Below are positions 9,410 to 18,624 of a stretch of 64,000 nucleotides of DNA, piece by piece. The DNA comes from a virus (lineage: Duplodnaviria; Caudoviricetes): IMG/VR virus record IMGVR_UViG_3300028048_000059, positions 93,490-157,489 of that record, one strand, 5' to 3'. The stretch's first letter is position 1. Every line of letters starts with the position of its first letter. The notes beneath the pieces are model-generated. The model worked only from the letters and a program-made list of their open reading frames with translations. It did not search any database and was not told where the DNA came from. A program made the position numbers and the translations under genes.

Positions 9410-10009
9410 TTATTCAAGTATTTGATCAACTATACCAAGTTCAAGCATATCCTTTGCAGTAAGGAACCATTGTTTACGCGCCTTGCTGTCATATAATTCT
9501 GGTGTGATTTTTGTATTATCTAGAATAAATTGACGAATATCTTGATCTACTTGATCATTAAAAGCCATAATATCAGCAGCAGTTTTTGATTCTGATGGCG
9601 CAATGGTAATATATCCATCATGTAGTAGTGCATATGAGCTAGGATAGCACATACGTGTTACGTTCGGATTTTTGCCTGCACCGGCAAGAATAACTGCGGC
9701 CATACTAGCGGCATAACCGGTAACAATAATTTTTAGAGGCTTCTTGTATTGTTGCAGATAGTGCGCAAGGAAGAAACCGTCAGAAACACTACCGCCAGGC
9801 GAGTTGAGAATTAATGTAACAGGAGTATTAATGTCATCATTCTCAAAGTCGCGTAAAGGCAGATACACACATTCTACCAATGATTCTTCAACCTCTTGAT
9901 TAAAAATAACTGTACGGTTATGGAATAGTTGATGAAAATATTGATAATCAACAGCGTCAAGTGCTGAAAACTTTTCAACTACTCCTAGAAAATCGATATC
10001 TGTATTCAT
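9410..10009 (-). CDS. clpP: ClpP-like serine protease
   Basis: NSPGGSV, G.AASMA, LLH and G.VD motifs. Confidence 0.85.
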   Translation of the reverse strand: MNTDIDFLGVVEKFSALDAVDYQYFHQLFHNRTVIFNQEVEESLVECVYLPLRDFENDDINTPVTLILNSPGGSVSDGFFLAHYLQQYKKPLKIIVTGYAASMAAVILAGAGKNPNVTRMCYPSSYALLHDGYITIAPSESKTAADIMAFNDQVDQDIRQFILDNTKITPELYDSKARKQWFLTAKDMLELGIVDQILE

Positions 10010-10039
10010 GAGTCCTCCTACTTACTACAAAGTAAGATG

Positions 10040-11149
10040 TTAGTTAATAATTTTACTTAATGTACAATCCTCAATATTAATATCATTCTTTCGAATTGAT
10101 TTAATGTAAGGATGCCGAATAGAAACACCATTAGCTTGACTTACCATCATGCCGCCAATTGTCAGCGGGCACATGTGCCATTCGTCATAATTGTCGCGAA
10201 GCTCTGTCTTGAATTCATCCGTCAGTCCTGCGACCTTGCAAAGCATTACAACATCATGATTATTATTATAAACGCCCGTATAAACTGCACCCGGCCAATT
10301 ATAATAATAGCCTTTTGTCACTGGCTCATATGGCTCACCAAGCTGATATTGTTCAAAATATGGCCCATATACCTTTTCTTTGGTACGAACATTCTCCCAA
10401 AATTGCCATGTGCCAATATCTTTACCAGTATAACTACGCACTGCCGGCTCAATACCAATGATGAAGCAATCAATGTCGCTAGAAATTTCTTGCTTCACCT
10501 TAACTGTCGTCCATGCGCTACTACGTTTATCGGGAGTATATTTTACACCCTTTTTGTAACAAACTGCGCCTTCGCCGCCAGCAGCAAAAATATCGTTAAT
10601 ATCATCAAAGAAGCTGTCATCCATTTCATGATAGGGAATACCTTGCACTAGTGGATTGTTAATACGAGAGACAACTTCTGGAATATATTTAATTCGCTCT
10701 TCGATAGGGCTATTAATCATATCGCGGCCGTCGAGAGCAAGAACATCAAAAATGCGCCATTCAAGTTTTTGTTCCTTTTGGCGCGCTCGCGCTTTTTCTG
10801 TTAGGCATCTAACAATAGATCCAACATCACGATCAATACCACCAGGAAGATATAACTCTCCAAGAATAACGGTGTCACCATTTTGAAAAGCAGAGACAAC
10901 GCTATCCCAAAAGAAAACACGGTCTTGAACCTCTCCATATGTTCCAGTTACTTTGGAAATACCACGAGTTTGAAGGGCATTGCGCTTGCTGGTAATGACA
11001 GCACGTGTAAAATTGCCATCAAACTTTTGTGACCATAGATACTGGCCACTGGCGGCCATATCTTCAAGGTGTTGCCGCCGCACATCCGACGACATTGCAG
11101 ATGTTGGACTCCAATACTTTTGAATTCCCATAGAAAAATAATCGGTCAT
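10040..11149 (-). CDS. ATP-dependent DNA ligase
   Basis: KFDG, GELY, FDVL, EGAV, W.KVK and RHP motifs. Confidence 0.85.
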   Translation of the reverse strand: MTDYFSMGIQKYWSPTSAMSSDVRRQHLEDMAASGQYLWSQKFDGNFTRAVITSKRNALQTRGISKVTGTYGEVQDRVFFWDSVVSAFQNGDTVILGELYLPGGIDRDVGSIVRCLTEKARARQKEQKLEWRIFDVLALDGRDMINSPIEERIKYIPEVVSRINNPLVQGIPYHEMDDSFFDDINDIFAAGGEGAVCYKKGVKYTPDKRSSAWTTVKVKQEISSDIDCFIIGIEPAVRSYTGKDIGTWQFWENVRTKEKVYGPYFEQYQLGEPYEPVTKGYYYNWPGAVYTGVYNNNHDVVMLCKVAGLTDEFKTELRDNYDEWHMCPLTIGGMMVSQANGVSIRHPYIKSIRKNDINIEDCTLSKIIN

Positions 11150-11175
11150 TTATTTTTCTCCTTTGTTTTTCTTTT

Positions 11176-11204
11176 ATTATACCACAATTTTACTTAGATG
11201 TCAA
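11176..11204 (-). promoter_or_regulatory. Sigma-A promoter TTGACA-17-TATAAT
   Basis: Perfect consensus; upstream of the ligase. Confidence 0.85.
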
Positions 11205-11741
11205 TTGTGTGATAAATTTATTTACTTTTTCTTCCAATTGATTTATATCGCCATCATTAATGATGCAATAATCAAAAAAGGCGTTATCAAGCTCTGTTTC
11301 ACTTATGTGTGTAAGTTGAGTATAAGTCATTAATGGATTTTCATATATACTACCATCTGGATTAAGGCGAGTGATGCGCACAGTAGTTACGTCATCGTTG
11401 TAACGCTCGATTGCGGTTTTCTCGCTAAAAAAACGCCAGTCTGGAATAAGCGTATATGTGAAATCATTACTTGCGGCCGCCACAAACTCGCCAATAATGC
11501 GGCCCCAATAGAATTGATCGTATGTGCGCATCATGGTTGTCCCAATATATTGCAGAAGAGCGCGCCCATCTTTGTCTTTCTTTCCATCCCAATTATAAAA
11601 ATCACGTGCAAACCATTTAACTGGATCTGCAAAATGAATTGTTAAAACTTTTTCGCCGCGTTCTTCTAGTTGATTTTTCATTAGTGCGGCCGCGGCATCC
11701 TTTCCATGCTGGCTTTTTGCAGAAATTAAAATAGTTTTCAT
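11190..11741 (-). CDS. Deoxynucleoside monophosphate kinase
   Basis: GKD, FAD..K, R..LQ..GT, D.RF..E and H.SE motifs. Confidence 0.85.
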   Translation of the reverse strand: MKTILISAKSQHGKDAAAALMKNQLEERGEKVLTIHFADPVKWFARDFYNWDGKKDKDGRALLQYIGTTMMRTYDQFYWGRIIGEFVAAASNDFTYTLIPDWRFFSEKTAIERYNDDVTTVRITRLNPDGSIYENPLMTYTQLTHISETELDNAFFDYCIINDGDINQLEEKVNKFITQLTSK

Positions 11742-11938
11742 TCTTCTTTCAATGCCTCTAATCTCATATTAAAGTAAAAATCTACGAATTCTTTTTCTTC
11801 TTCGTTATAGCATGAATCTCGATATTCTTTAATCATACGGATAGTATCAGCGGGATACTTTTGTTGTAACGCAAGATCAACCCAATATTTAAGTTGCTGC
11901 TTAATAAAATCGGGAATATCATTAAAAATTTCAGTCAT
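11738..11938 (-). CDS. Hypothetical protein
   Basis: ORF track; operon packing. Confidence 0.65.
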   Translation of the reverse strand: MTEIFNDIPDFIKQQLKYWVDLALQQKYPADTIRMIKEYRDSCYNEEEKEFVDFYFNMRLEALKEE

Positions 11939-12272
11939 TTTTATGCTCCTTCTGATATTTGCTCAGTGCGTCGAAGAAAGCTTGCACTTCTTCTTTTGTC
12001 TCTAATTTGAGTTCGGCAACTGGTGTTGGCGGAACGCTTTCTTCTGCCGTTGGCGATGCAAAAATAAAATATTTTTCTGGCTCCCTATCTTCGCCTTCGA
12101 TTGTATGCGTGAGGCGACTCGCAAGACAAATATTGCGATCTTTACTAAAAATTTTTGTTGCTTTGTGCCAACGATCTACTTGTACTTCTTTAACTTCACA
12201 CTTGTTTAAATTAAGGCCGCGCACAAAATATTTGTAATCTGCACGATCAACCTCATAAAGATTAACCATCAT
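11931..12272 (-). CDS. Hypothetical protein
   Basis: ORF track; operon packing. Confidence 0.65.
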   Translation of the reverse strand: MMVNLYEVDRADYKYFVRGLNLNKCEVKEVQVDRWHKATKIFSKDRNICLASRLTHTIEGEDREPEKYFIFASPTAEESVPPTPVAELKLETKEEVQAFFDALSKYQKEHKND

Positions 12273-12780
12273 TTTTAATACCTCTCCAATTTAATTTTAG
12301 TTTTTCAGCCTCATTTTGCGCTAATGCGTCGCATCTTTCATTCCAAATTACTCCTGAGTGTCCGGGAATTTTACGGAATTCATACCAAAAATTATCGAAG
12401 AATGGTATTAATTTGAACCATAATTCCATATTTGCAACTGGTACGCCTTTGGAATTATGCCACCCATTTTCAAGCCATTTTTTATACCATTTTTGTCCCC
12501 AACAATTTACTAAATAAGCTGAATCACTATATATAATAACTTTTTCAGAGGGGCGCCTAATTTTTTGGATATATTCCAAAGCATTTGCTACTGCGGTTAA
12601 TTCCATGCGTTGGTTTGTTGCGCCGTATTCGCTATTACAATCTTGATGAATTATATTGCTGTCATATAAAACGATATAAGCCCAGCCGCCAAAACGCATA
12701 ACTTGACCATATTGTTTTGATGATCCGTCTGTATAAATTTCAATTGTAATAACACGTTCCTTGCTTCGTCTTTCTTCCAT
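12262..12780 (-). CDS. rnhA: Ribonuclease HI
   Basis: IYTDGS, TNQRMEL, SDS.Y and GHSG..WNERCD.LA motifs. Confidence 0.95.
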   Translation of the reverse strand: MEERRSKERVITIEIYTDGSSKQYGQVMRFGGWAYIVLYDSNIIHQDCNSEYGATNQRMELTAVANALEYIQKIRRPSEKVIIYSDSAYLVNCWGQKWYKKWLENGWHNSKGVPVANMELWFKLIPFFDNFWYEFRKIPGHSGVIWNERCDALAQNEAEKLKLNWRGIKNDG

Positions 12781-12797
12781 AGACGCCCCTCCTTTAA

Positions 12798-12998
12798 TTA
12801 CTTATCTTCCAACTCGGGTAGACCAGCCACACTTGTTAATAGACTAAGAATGCCAGCTAGGATGGACGCAGATGCAACCATTACCCAATTTACTTCGGAA
12901 ATTACTGCGCTTGTGCCAATTGTGGCTACGGCAGTTTGTGCTACGGTTTTAATGGCGCGAACACCTGCGGCCGCTAACCAACGTTTAAAATCGGTCAT
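12798..12998 (-). CDS. Holin (r1t-like)
   Basis: W..AAG.RAIKT.AQT...SLLTS.AGLPE pattern. Confidence 0.85.
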   Translation of the reverse strand: MTDFKRWLAAAGVRAIKTVAQTAVATIGTSAVISEVNWVMVASASILAGILSLLTSVAGLPELEDK

Positions 12999-13010
12999 AA
13001 TAATTCCTCC

Positions 13011-13469
13011 TTACTTCAAAAAACTATCAGTACGAATGAGTTCTTTGTATAACTCTACGATGTACGCATATTCTAATTCAAATACACCGTTTTCATCATT
13101 CGTATGTTCTAATAGTCTGCGATATTTGGTGTTTAATGTAATGATATGATCAAATTCGTCTTTGGTATGTTTTCTGCCGTTGTGGCATGAATTAGCAAAA
13201 TCTAAAATTTCCCAACGAATTCGATCTTTTTCGTTCTCTCGAACTTCTGTTTCTAGTTTTTTTAGGGAATTCGCTACACCATCGATTTTTCCGCAAGCAT
13301 CACCTACAAGGATTTTACCTGCCCATTTAATTAACGATGATAATGGATTCCACTTAATCGGCGTTATTTGTATAAAAATGGAAAGGAAAATAATTACTGT
13401 CCAAAGATTATTCCCAATCCACTCCCACACTTGTTGCGCCGTCTGTGTGGTTGACATTTTTGTTTTCAC
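13011..13469 (-). CDS. Membrane-anchored phage protein beside the holin
   Basis: N-terminal TM segment (IQITPIKWNP); RWEILDFANSC..G..HTKDEF motif. Confidence 0.65.
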   Translation of the reverse strand: MKTKMSTTQTAQQVWEWIGNNLWTVIIFLSIFIQITPIKWNPLSSLIKWAGKILVGDACGKIDGVANSLKKLETEVRENEKDRIRWEILDFANSCHNGRKHTKDEFDHIITLNTKYRRLLEHTNDENGVFELEYAYIVELYKELIRTDSFLK

Positions 13470-13544
13470 CTCGTTGTGAAGAGTGGAAGGGTGACCCTTC
13501 CCATAAATATGTGGTAAAGGTTTTGGAGATTCTTCTTAGTATAT

Positions 13545-13573
13545 ATTATAGCATAGATTTAGGGTGAAGTCAA
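13545..13573 (-). promoter_or_regulatory. Sigma-A promoter TTGACT-17-TATAAT
   Basis: Near-consensus; -35 overlaps the TGA of the upstream gene. Confidence 0.75.
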
Positions 13574-15951
13574 GATAAAGGGTCCTTCATTGCTTCTTGT
13601 AGCTCAGTTATTATATCAGCTAATCCTGCTAAAAAAGTTACATGTATACTAGTAATATTTGGGTTAGTTGCTTTTGTATATACATCTTCCCAACGTTTCT
13701 GTAAATCTTTAATATCTTTATTAATTAAGCCGGGGTTTGCAGTAGCACGAATGCGAACACCGTCTTTATTTGAATCTGCTTTGCCTTCCACTGTTGACAT
13801 AACTTTTGTTAAACGGTCATAGACTCGTTGTAGAATATATGACCCTGGAAAGTAAATGCCATTTAATTCATATATATGTATAATTTTAGCAGTAACAAAA
13901 GTTTTTGATCTGCTGCTTATTTGTATATGAGCTTTCCATGTGTTTGCTATTTGTCCTATTTCAGCTCCGCCTTCATCAAAAATTGCAAAAGATCCTAATA
14001 AACTTAAATATTTTTCTATTGGATCTTTTAACTCTTCGCCATGCGTAAATCTAGAACAATTAATTACGGCAGTATATAACCATTCATGTAAGTTATCACT
14101 AAACGGCACTCCTGCTTGTTCAAATATTTTTGCAAAATTATCGATTTGTGCAAAGATATTTGGTCCCAAAGATCCAGCAACAAAACCAATATCTGGGTTA
14201 TATTGTGTGAAATTTTTTGCGGTGCCTGTTACTAAGATAGTTTTTTCCAAAAAATCTTTAAAGTCTTTTAATGGATTATCGCTAGACTCTCTCGTAGATG
14301 TATATGTATCATACATTTTTTGTAGTCCTTGTTGTAGAGCTACCATACCATTTGCAATATTGAATTGTGCTGTTGCTTTTTTTGAAGTTGAATTGACATT
14401 TGGATCAATTGGAGTTAAAAGCTGCGCGTTAAAAGCATCGGTAAAATTTTCTAGGATTCGTTGCTGCATTCTTTGAATAGTGCGTGGATCTCCACCATCG
14501 ATATCAACAGATGTTATTAAATTTAAAAAATCTGCTCTACGATTTGCATTATGTGGAACCACGCCTGCGGCGCCAAGTGCCATTTGTACTAATGCACTAA
14601 TATCCTCAATTATTGACCATTTTTGAACTGTAAATTTTGCTTTGTAGCCGCGCACCCAAAAATATTCATCTGTTGGATTGTTTGAAATTACTTGTCTAGC
14701 CAATCGTGATAAAGAATTTTTAAAATTTTTAATAGATTTTTTTAGAGCCTCTATATCTGTTGGTTTTGATGTATTTGATAAGTCTTGTTGAGCCTTTTTT
14801 ATTTCATTAATTAATTTTTGCATTTGTGTGACTCCACTATTAACATCGTTTATCGTTTTATTTATTACGTTTCCTTTTTTATCTAAAACTTGAATTGTAA
14901 AAGTGTGGTTTATAATTTTTTGTATAAACGGATCTTTTTCACATGCAAGTATTATATCAGCTGCGCCTTCGAATAACGAAGACGTCGCGCTGTGTCCTGA
15001 ATAATTATAATCTTGTCCATAAATCATATCTGGTAAAATATTCAATATTTTTGGTGTAATAGCAAATAAATCATCAATTAATTTTTCCCCACGCTGCTGT
15101 ATTGACGGATTACTGCTAGCATCTTTTATTATAGTTGAAATATCATCTTTTAATTTTTGTTCTAAATAGGTAATAAAACGACTACTGTCTACGAAATCTA
15201 AAAATTGATATTGATAATTTTGTATTGCTCGCATTAATCCTTTTTTAACATTATCTGCTACTAATGCGCTAACTTCTGGTTTTAAATCTTTAAAATAATC
15301 TTCAATTTGTTCTACCCCACTATATCCATGACTACGTAAGTATTCTTCTTCAAAAAAAGATGGGTCTAACGTCCCATCTTTTGTTAAATAACGATTATAT
15401 CTTCTATTTGTTCTAGTTTTCTTATATCCATTTTTTTCTCCTTTTGTAGAGAACTGTTCGAAATGTGCATTTCGTATTTGTGTTAATATATCTTTTAAAC
15501 TTTCCTGGCGATCTTTTTCATATTTTAATATCGCATCATAGTTATCTTGGCCTTGTAATAAAAGATTTAATATATTGATAAAATCTGGATAATTAAAAGA
15601 GCTATCATCTTTAAAGAGCGCGTTAAGCTGCACGATTAAACCGTCTACGAAATCTGCATAACGTTCGTCTTGTTTTAATGTTTTTGCACGATCAATGAGT
15701 TGAACGACATACTCTCTTTCAATTGATTTCTCTGTCTCAACAGATTGTTTTAACAATTCAAGAGCTTTGGTTACATTATTTGCTTCTTTTGGTTGACCGA
15801 CGCCAAAAAAACCAGTTCCAGAGCTGAGAAGGCCCTCTTTATTTTTAATTCTTGTGCTAAAAAAGCTCATTTTATTTACATCAGATTGTACCTCTTCTTT
15901 TTTAAAATAATCATCTAGACTATCAAAATATACATATCTAGGAGTAGACAT
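13570..15951 (-). CDS. Large 793-aa hypothetical protein
   Basis: Long ORF with GGGGTG RBS; no motif recognised. Confidence 0.75.
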   Translation of the reverse strand: MSTPRYVYFDSLDDYFKKEEVQSDVNKMSFFSTRIKNKEGLLSSGTGFFGVGQPKEANNVTKALELLKQSVETEKSIEREYVVQLIDRAKTLKQDERYADFVDGLIVQLNALFKDDSSFNYPDFINILNLLLQGQDNYDAILKYEKDRQESLKDILTQIRNAHFEQFSTKGEKNGYKKTRTNRRYNRYLTKDGTLDPSFFEEEYLRSHGYSGVEQIEDYFKDLKPEVSALVADNVKKGLMRAIQNYQYQFLDFVDSSRFITYLEQKLKDDISTIIKDASSNPSIQQRGEKLIDDLFAITPKILNILPDMIYGQDYNYSGHSATSSLFEGAADIILACEKDPFIQKIINHTFTIQVLDKKGNVINKTINDVNSGVTQMQKLINEIKKAQQDLSNTSKPTDIEALKKSIKNFKNSLSRLARQVISNNPTDEYFWVRGYKAKFTVQKWSIIEDISALVQMALGAAGVVPHNANRRADFLNLITSVDIDGGDPRTIQRMQQRILENFTDAFNAQLLTPIDPNVNSTSKKATAQFNIANGMVALQQGLQKMYDTYTSTRESSDNPLKDFKDFLEKTILVTGTAKNFTQYNPDIGFVAGSLGPNIFAQIDNFAKIFEQAGVPFSDNLHEWLYTAVINCSRFTHGEELKDPIEKYLSLLGSFAIFDEGGAEIGQIANTWKAHIQISSRSKTFVTAKIIHIYELNGIYFPGSYILQRVYDRLTKVMSTVEGKADSNKDGVRIRATANPGLINKDIKDLQKRWEDVYTKATNPNITSIHVTFLAGLADIITELQEAMKDPLS

Positions 15952-15968
15952 TTTTTCACCCCCTTAAC

Positions 15969-15994
15969 AAAAAAAACGTCCGCTTAGCGGACGT
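15969..15994 (-). terminator. Intrinsic terminator
   Basis: ACGTCCGC/GCGGACGT stem plus U-tract. Confidence 0.8.
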
Positions 15995-16232
15995 CATGTT
16001 CATGAAAAAATTTTAGCAAATTAGCTTCATCTGTGGCGAATTGACAGAAAACTTCATAATCGCTGCCATGATCTTCGCAAAGTCTTCCTAGCGCAATATA
16101 CTGGCTAAGTTGTGACTTCAAGTTAAATTCTTCTGTCCCGTCGTTCTTCCTTAGCCACACATCGCCATGGCAACTTAGCACTGCCTTTCGAAAAGCGTCT
16201 AAATCTTGGATATTCTTTAAAAACCTGCTCAT
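15984..16232 (-). CDS. Small HPr-like-fold hypothetical protein
   Basis: F...V..C.GDV.L...NLKS.LS pattern. Confidence 0.5.
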   Translation of the reverse strand: MSRFLKNIQDLDAFRKAVLSCHGDVWLRKNDGTEEFNLKSQLSQYIALGRLCEDHGSDYEVFCQFATDEANLLKFFHEHDVR

Positions 16233-16508
16233 AGAATAACATCCCTCACAATTCGCGCATAATGAAGATCATCCATCTTTTGATAGGTGTCCCATTCGAC
16301 CATATCATCGGTTAGCTCTTGTACGCCAGCCCAATCAAAAAGCATTCCATAGTAACTATATAGGAAATGCCCATTAACTAAGTCATAATAAATAATACCA
16401 CCGGGAAAACGTGCTTCTAGAATTTTTGCAAAATAATAGCAATTACCAGTTAGCCACATATCCTCCTCGGGAAAACGCCGCTTAATAAAATCTAATACTT
16501 CTACCATA
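16229..16508 (-). CDS. Hypothetical phage protein (GNCYYFA.IL...GHF motif)
   Basis: ORF track. Confidence 0.6.
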
Positions 16509-17657
16509 TCAAATCTCCGTAATACCATCAATAATTAGAGCAAAACTGGGTGCAGATTGTAGTTCAGACTCATGGAAATAGCCATCATAAACATATGGAG
16601 CATATTCCTCGTCCTCTGCAATAATTTCTTCCATTGTCTTACCGCCAACAGTAAATGTGGAAGTATCAAATACATGTAGCGAGCCATCCATAATTGCTCC
16701 TTCTACTTCTGCAACCTTTTCAGCAGTACCTTCTGCAATAACATTCTCATTTAGCTCAGTAATATGTACCGCGCCATCAATATAGCCTTGGCACCAATCG
16801 GTAGCAATGGGCTCACCTTCGATTACGCACTGAACCGCATAGGTATAATATGGCGCCCAATCAATGGCGGCCGAAGTAAGTGAGGTGGTTGGCGCGACAG
16901 AATTCATCGACACATTATAACCTACACATGGTACACCTGCGGCCTCACATGCAGTTGGCGCGCCGGTAGTATCGGCATGCTGGCTAATAAGTACGCATCC
17001 TTGCGCAATAAGAGCCTCGGCGGCTTCCTTTTCAAGATCAAATGATGCCCAACTACCAGTATACTTAACAATCATAGTTGCGCAAGGGCACTGCGAACGC
17101 ACGCCAAGGAAAAATGCAGTAAAGCCGCTAATAACTTCTGCATATGGATGCGCCCCAACATAACCAATAAGGCAATTATCTTCTGTTACCTTACCGTCAG
17201 CAATCATTTCAGCAAGTTTCATACCTGCTACTACACCAGACACATAACGAGACTCGTGTACAGAGGTAAAATAATTATGGAAATTTGGGATATTAGCTAG
17301 CGCCGCATTAAATCCAGTAGCATGACAAAATTCAACGTCTGGATATTCATATGCCGCATTCAGTAGGTAGCTTTCGTGGCCAAATGAATTAGCAAATACA
17401 ATATCACATCCACCATCTACTAGGTCAATTGCAGCATCATAACATGCTTCTGTTTCTGGAACTAGCCACTTTGTAACAAGTTGGTCGTCAGTTAGTCCTA
17501 GGGCCTCTTGCATTTCTAGCGCGCCATTATAGTGCGCGGCGGTATATCCTTCATTTTCGTCTCCGACAAAAATAAAACCTACACGCACATTGGGAGCAGC
17601 GAAAGCAACATTAAAAGTTAGTAGAGAAATGAGAAATAGTACGACAATCTTCTTCAT
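16509..17657 (-). CDS. BMP/PnrA-family ABC substrate-binding protein (purine/nucleoside-binding type)
   Basis: Signal peptide; VGFIFVG, FANSFGH, RY.SGVVAG and ISQHAD motifs. Confidence 0.9.
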   Translation of the reverse strand: MKKIVVLFLISLLTFNVAFAAPNVRVGFIFVGDENEGYTAAHYNGALEMQEALGLTDDQLVTKWLVPETEACYDAAIDLVDGGCDIVFANSFGHESYLLNAAYEYPDVEFCHATGFNAALANIPNFHNYFTSVHESRYVSGVVAGMKLAEMIADGKVTEDNCLIGYVGAHPYAEVISGFTAFFLGVRSQCPCATMIVKYTGSWASFDLEKEAAEALIAQGCVLISQHADTTGAPTACEAAGVPCVGYNVSMNSVAPTTSLTSAAIDWAPYYTYAVQCVIEGEPIATDWCQGYIDGAVHITELNENVIAEGTAEKVAEVEGAIMDGSLHVFDTSTFTVGGKTMEEIIAEDEEYAPYVYDGYFHESELQSAPSFALIIDGITEI

Positions 17658-17752
17658 AAGGTTCTCCTTTTTTATATAAATTGCCGCAGTTAAACGTCGC
17701 GGCTTACGCGCTCCCCAAGGTACGCATTGTTAAGAGGCGTGGGCAAGTCTAT

Positions 17753-17826
17753 TGGCTGGGGACGAAGGAATTGAACCTTCACGCTTCGGGTCAAAGCCGA
17801 ATGCCCTCCCATTAGGCTAGTCCCCA
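17753..17826 (-). tRNA. tRNA-Gln(TTG)
   Basis: Cloverleaf; TTCGG-CTTTGAC-CCGAA anticodon arm; GGTTCAATTCC T-arm; encoded CCA. Confidence 0.95.
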
Positions 17827-17830
17827 TTGT

Positions 17831-17901
17831 TGGTGGCGAGGATAGGATTCGAACCTCGTGCTTATTAGGCACGCGAGCTGACTACATGCTCAATCCTCGC
17901 G
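17831..17901 (-). pseudogene. Truncated tRNA-like gene with AAT anticodon (no variable loop, 3-bp T-stem)
   Basis: GCGAGGA/TCCTCGC acceptor; GAGC/GCTC D-stem; CGTGC-CTAATAA-GCACG; AGG-TTCGAAT-CCT; ACCA end. Confidence 0.75.
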
Positions 17902-17904
17902 ATA

Positions 17905-18215
17905 TGCAGACGGTTTTTCCACAGCATATAGTGAGGAAGTACCGACAAACCCCGATGCATCGTGAGCGCAATTATTAGTCTTTCACCCAGATTTTCACTG
18001 GGACTACCTACTGCGTATCGCTCAGCCGCCACAGTGCCAGAGACTTCTTTTTTGGGTTCTAACGCGACCCGTGGTGAGGATCTGTGCAGGCAATCTCCAC
18101 GAAGACGGTTGGTTCTTTTATATACCGCATCTCTAACTACGGTTCCTAACCTGCCCTCTATTGACTTACCATACTGGCAGGTCGCAAAGACAGCGAAGGG
18201 ATTAAATGCCCTATT
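17905..18215 (-). ncRNA. Candidate ~310-nt structured RNA between tRNAs (family not recognised)
   Basis: Nested stems GACCTGCC/GGCAGGTT, CGCAGT/ATTGCG, TAGTC/GACTA, CCAG/CTGG; GC above background; no credible ORF. Confidence 0.55.
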
Positions 18216-18220
18216 GGGCA

Positions 18221-18295
18221 TGGTGGGAGCACGGGTACTCGAAACCCGAAGGGCAGATTAAAAGTCTGTAATGTTTCCTATTACATCATACTCCC
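18221..18295 (-). tRNA. tRNA-Lys(TTT)
   Basis: GGGAGTA/TGCTCCC acceptor; CAGA-CTTTTAA-TCTG anticodon arm; CGGGT-TTCGAGT-ACCCG T-arm; CCA. Confidence 0.9.
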
Positions 18296-18315
18296 ATAGA
18301 AAATAATAACTTATT

Positions 18316-18624
18316 TTACACACCCATCATGCAATTATTGCAAATTGGTAGAATCCATCCGGTTGTATAGTGAGCCGCAGGTGCGCCGCATTTTACACAA
18401 ACTTTTCCACTCTTACTTTCGTACCGCTCTTCGATAGCTTCGATGGCAGAAAAGCAACCAGTTGCGCACTCACTATATACACGCATTTGTCCCCACTTCT
18501 CTTTTAGCTCTATGATACGATAAGTAGGGTCGGCCGCCATGCATTCGTCAATCATAGCTTTTGCAAGTGAATGCCAACCATCTGGTAGTAGTTCAATCCA
18601 TTCATAATTACTCATTTCTTCCAT
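18316..18624 (-). CDS. Conserved phage protein (GW..L...KEKWG.MR.Y...CxxCG...GW...C)
   Basis: ORF track; recurrent phage motif. Confidence 0.7.
   Translation of the reverse strand: MEEMSNYEWIELLPDGWHSLAKAMIDECMAADPTYRIIELKEKWGQMRVYSECATGCFSAIEAIEERYESKSGKVCVKCGAPAAHYTTGWILPICNNCMMGV

Noticed and set aside
4658-17657. Bacterial chromosome or prophage boundary suggested by permease, ClpP, RNase H and BMP genes
   Set aside because: These genes are interspersed with phage-type ORFs on one strand with the same promoter style; no integrase, att site or host operon context is seen.
17680-17750. Possible purine riboswitch upstream of the BMP gene
   Set aside because: Two small hairpins are present, but the purine-aptamer core motifs are absent.
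17690-18261. ORFs 17690-17872, 17865-18221 and 17962-18261
   Set aside because: They overlap tRNA genes and structured RNA and have no RBS.
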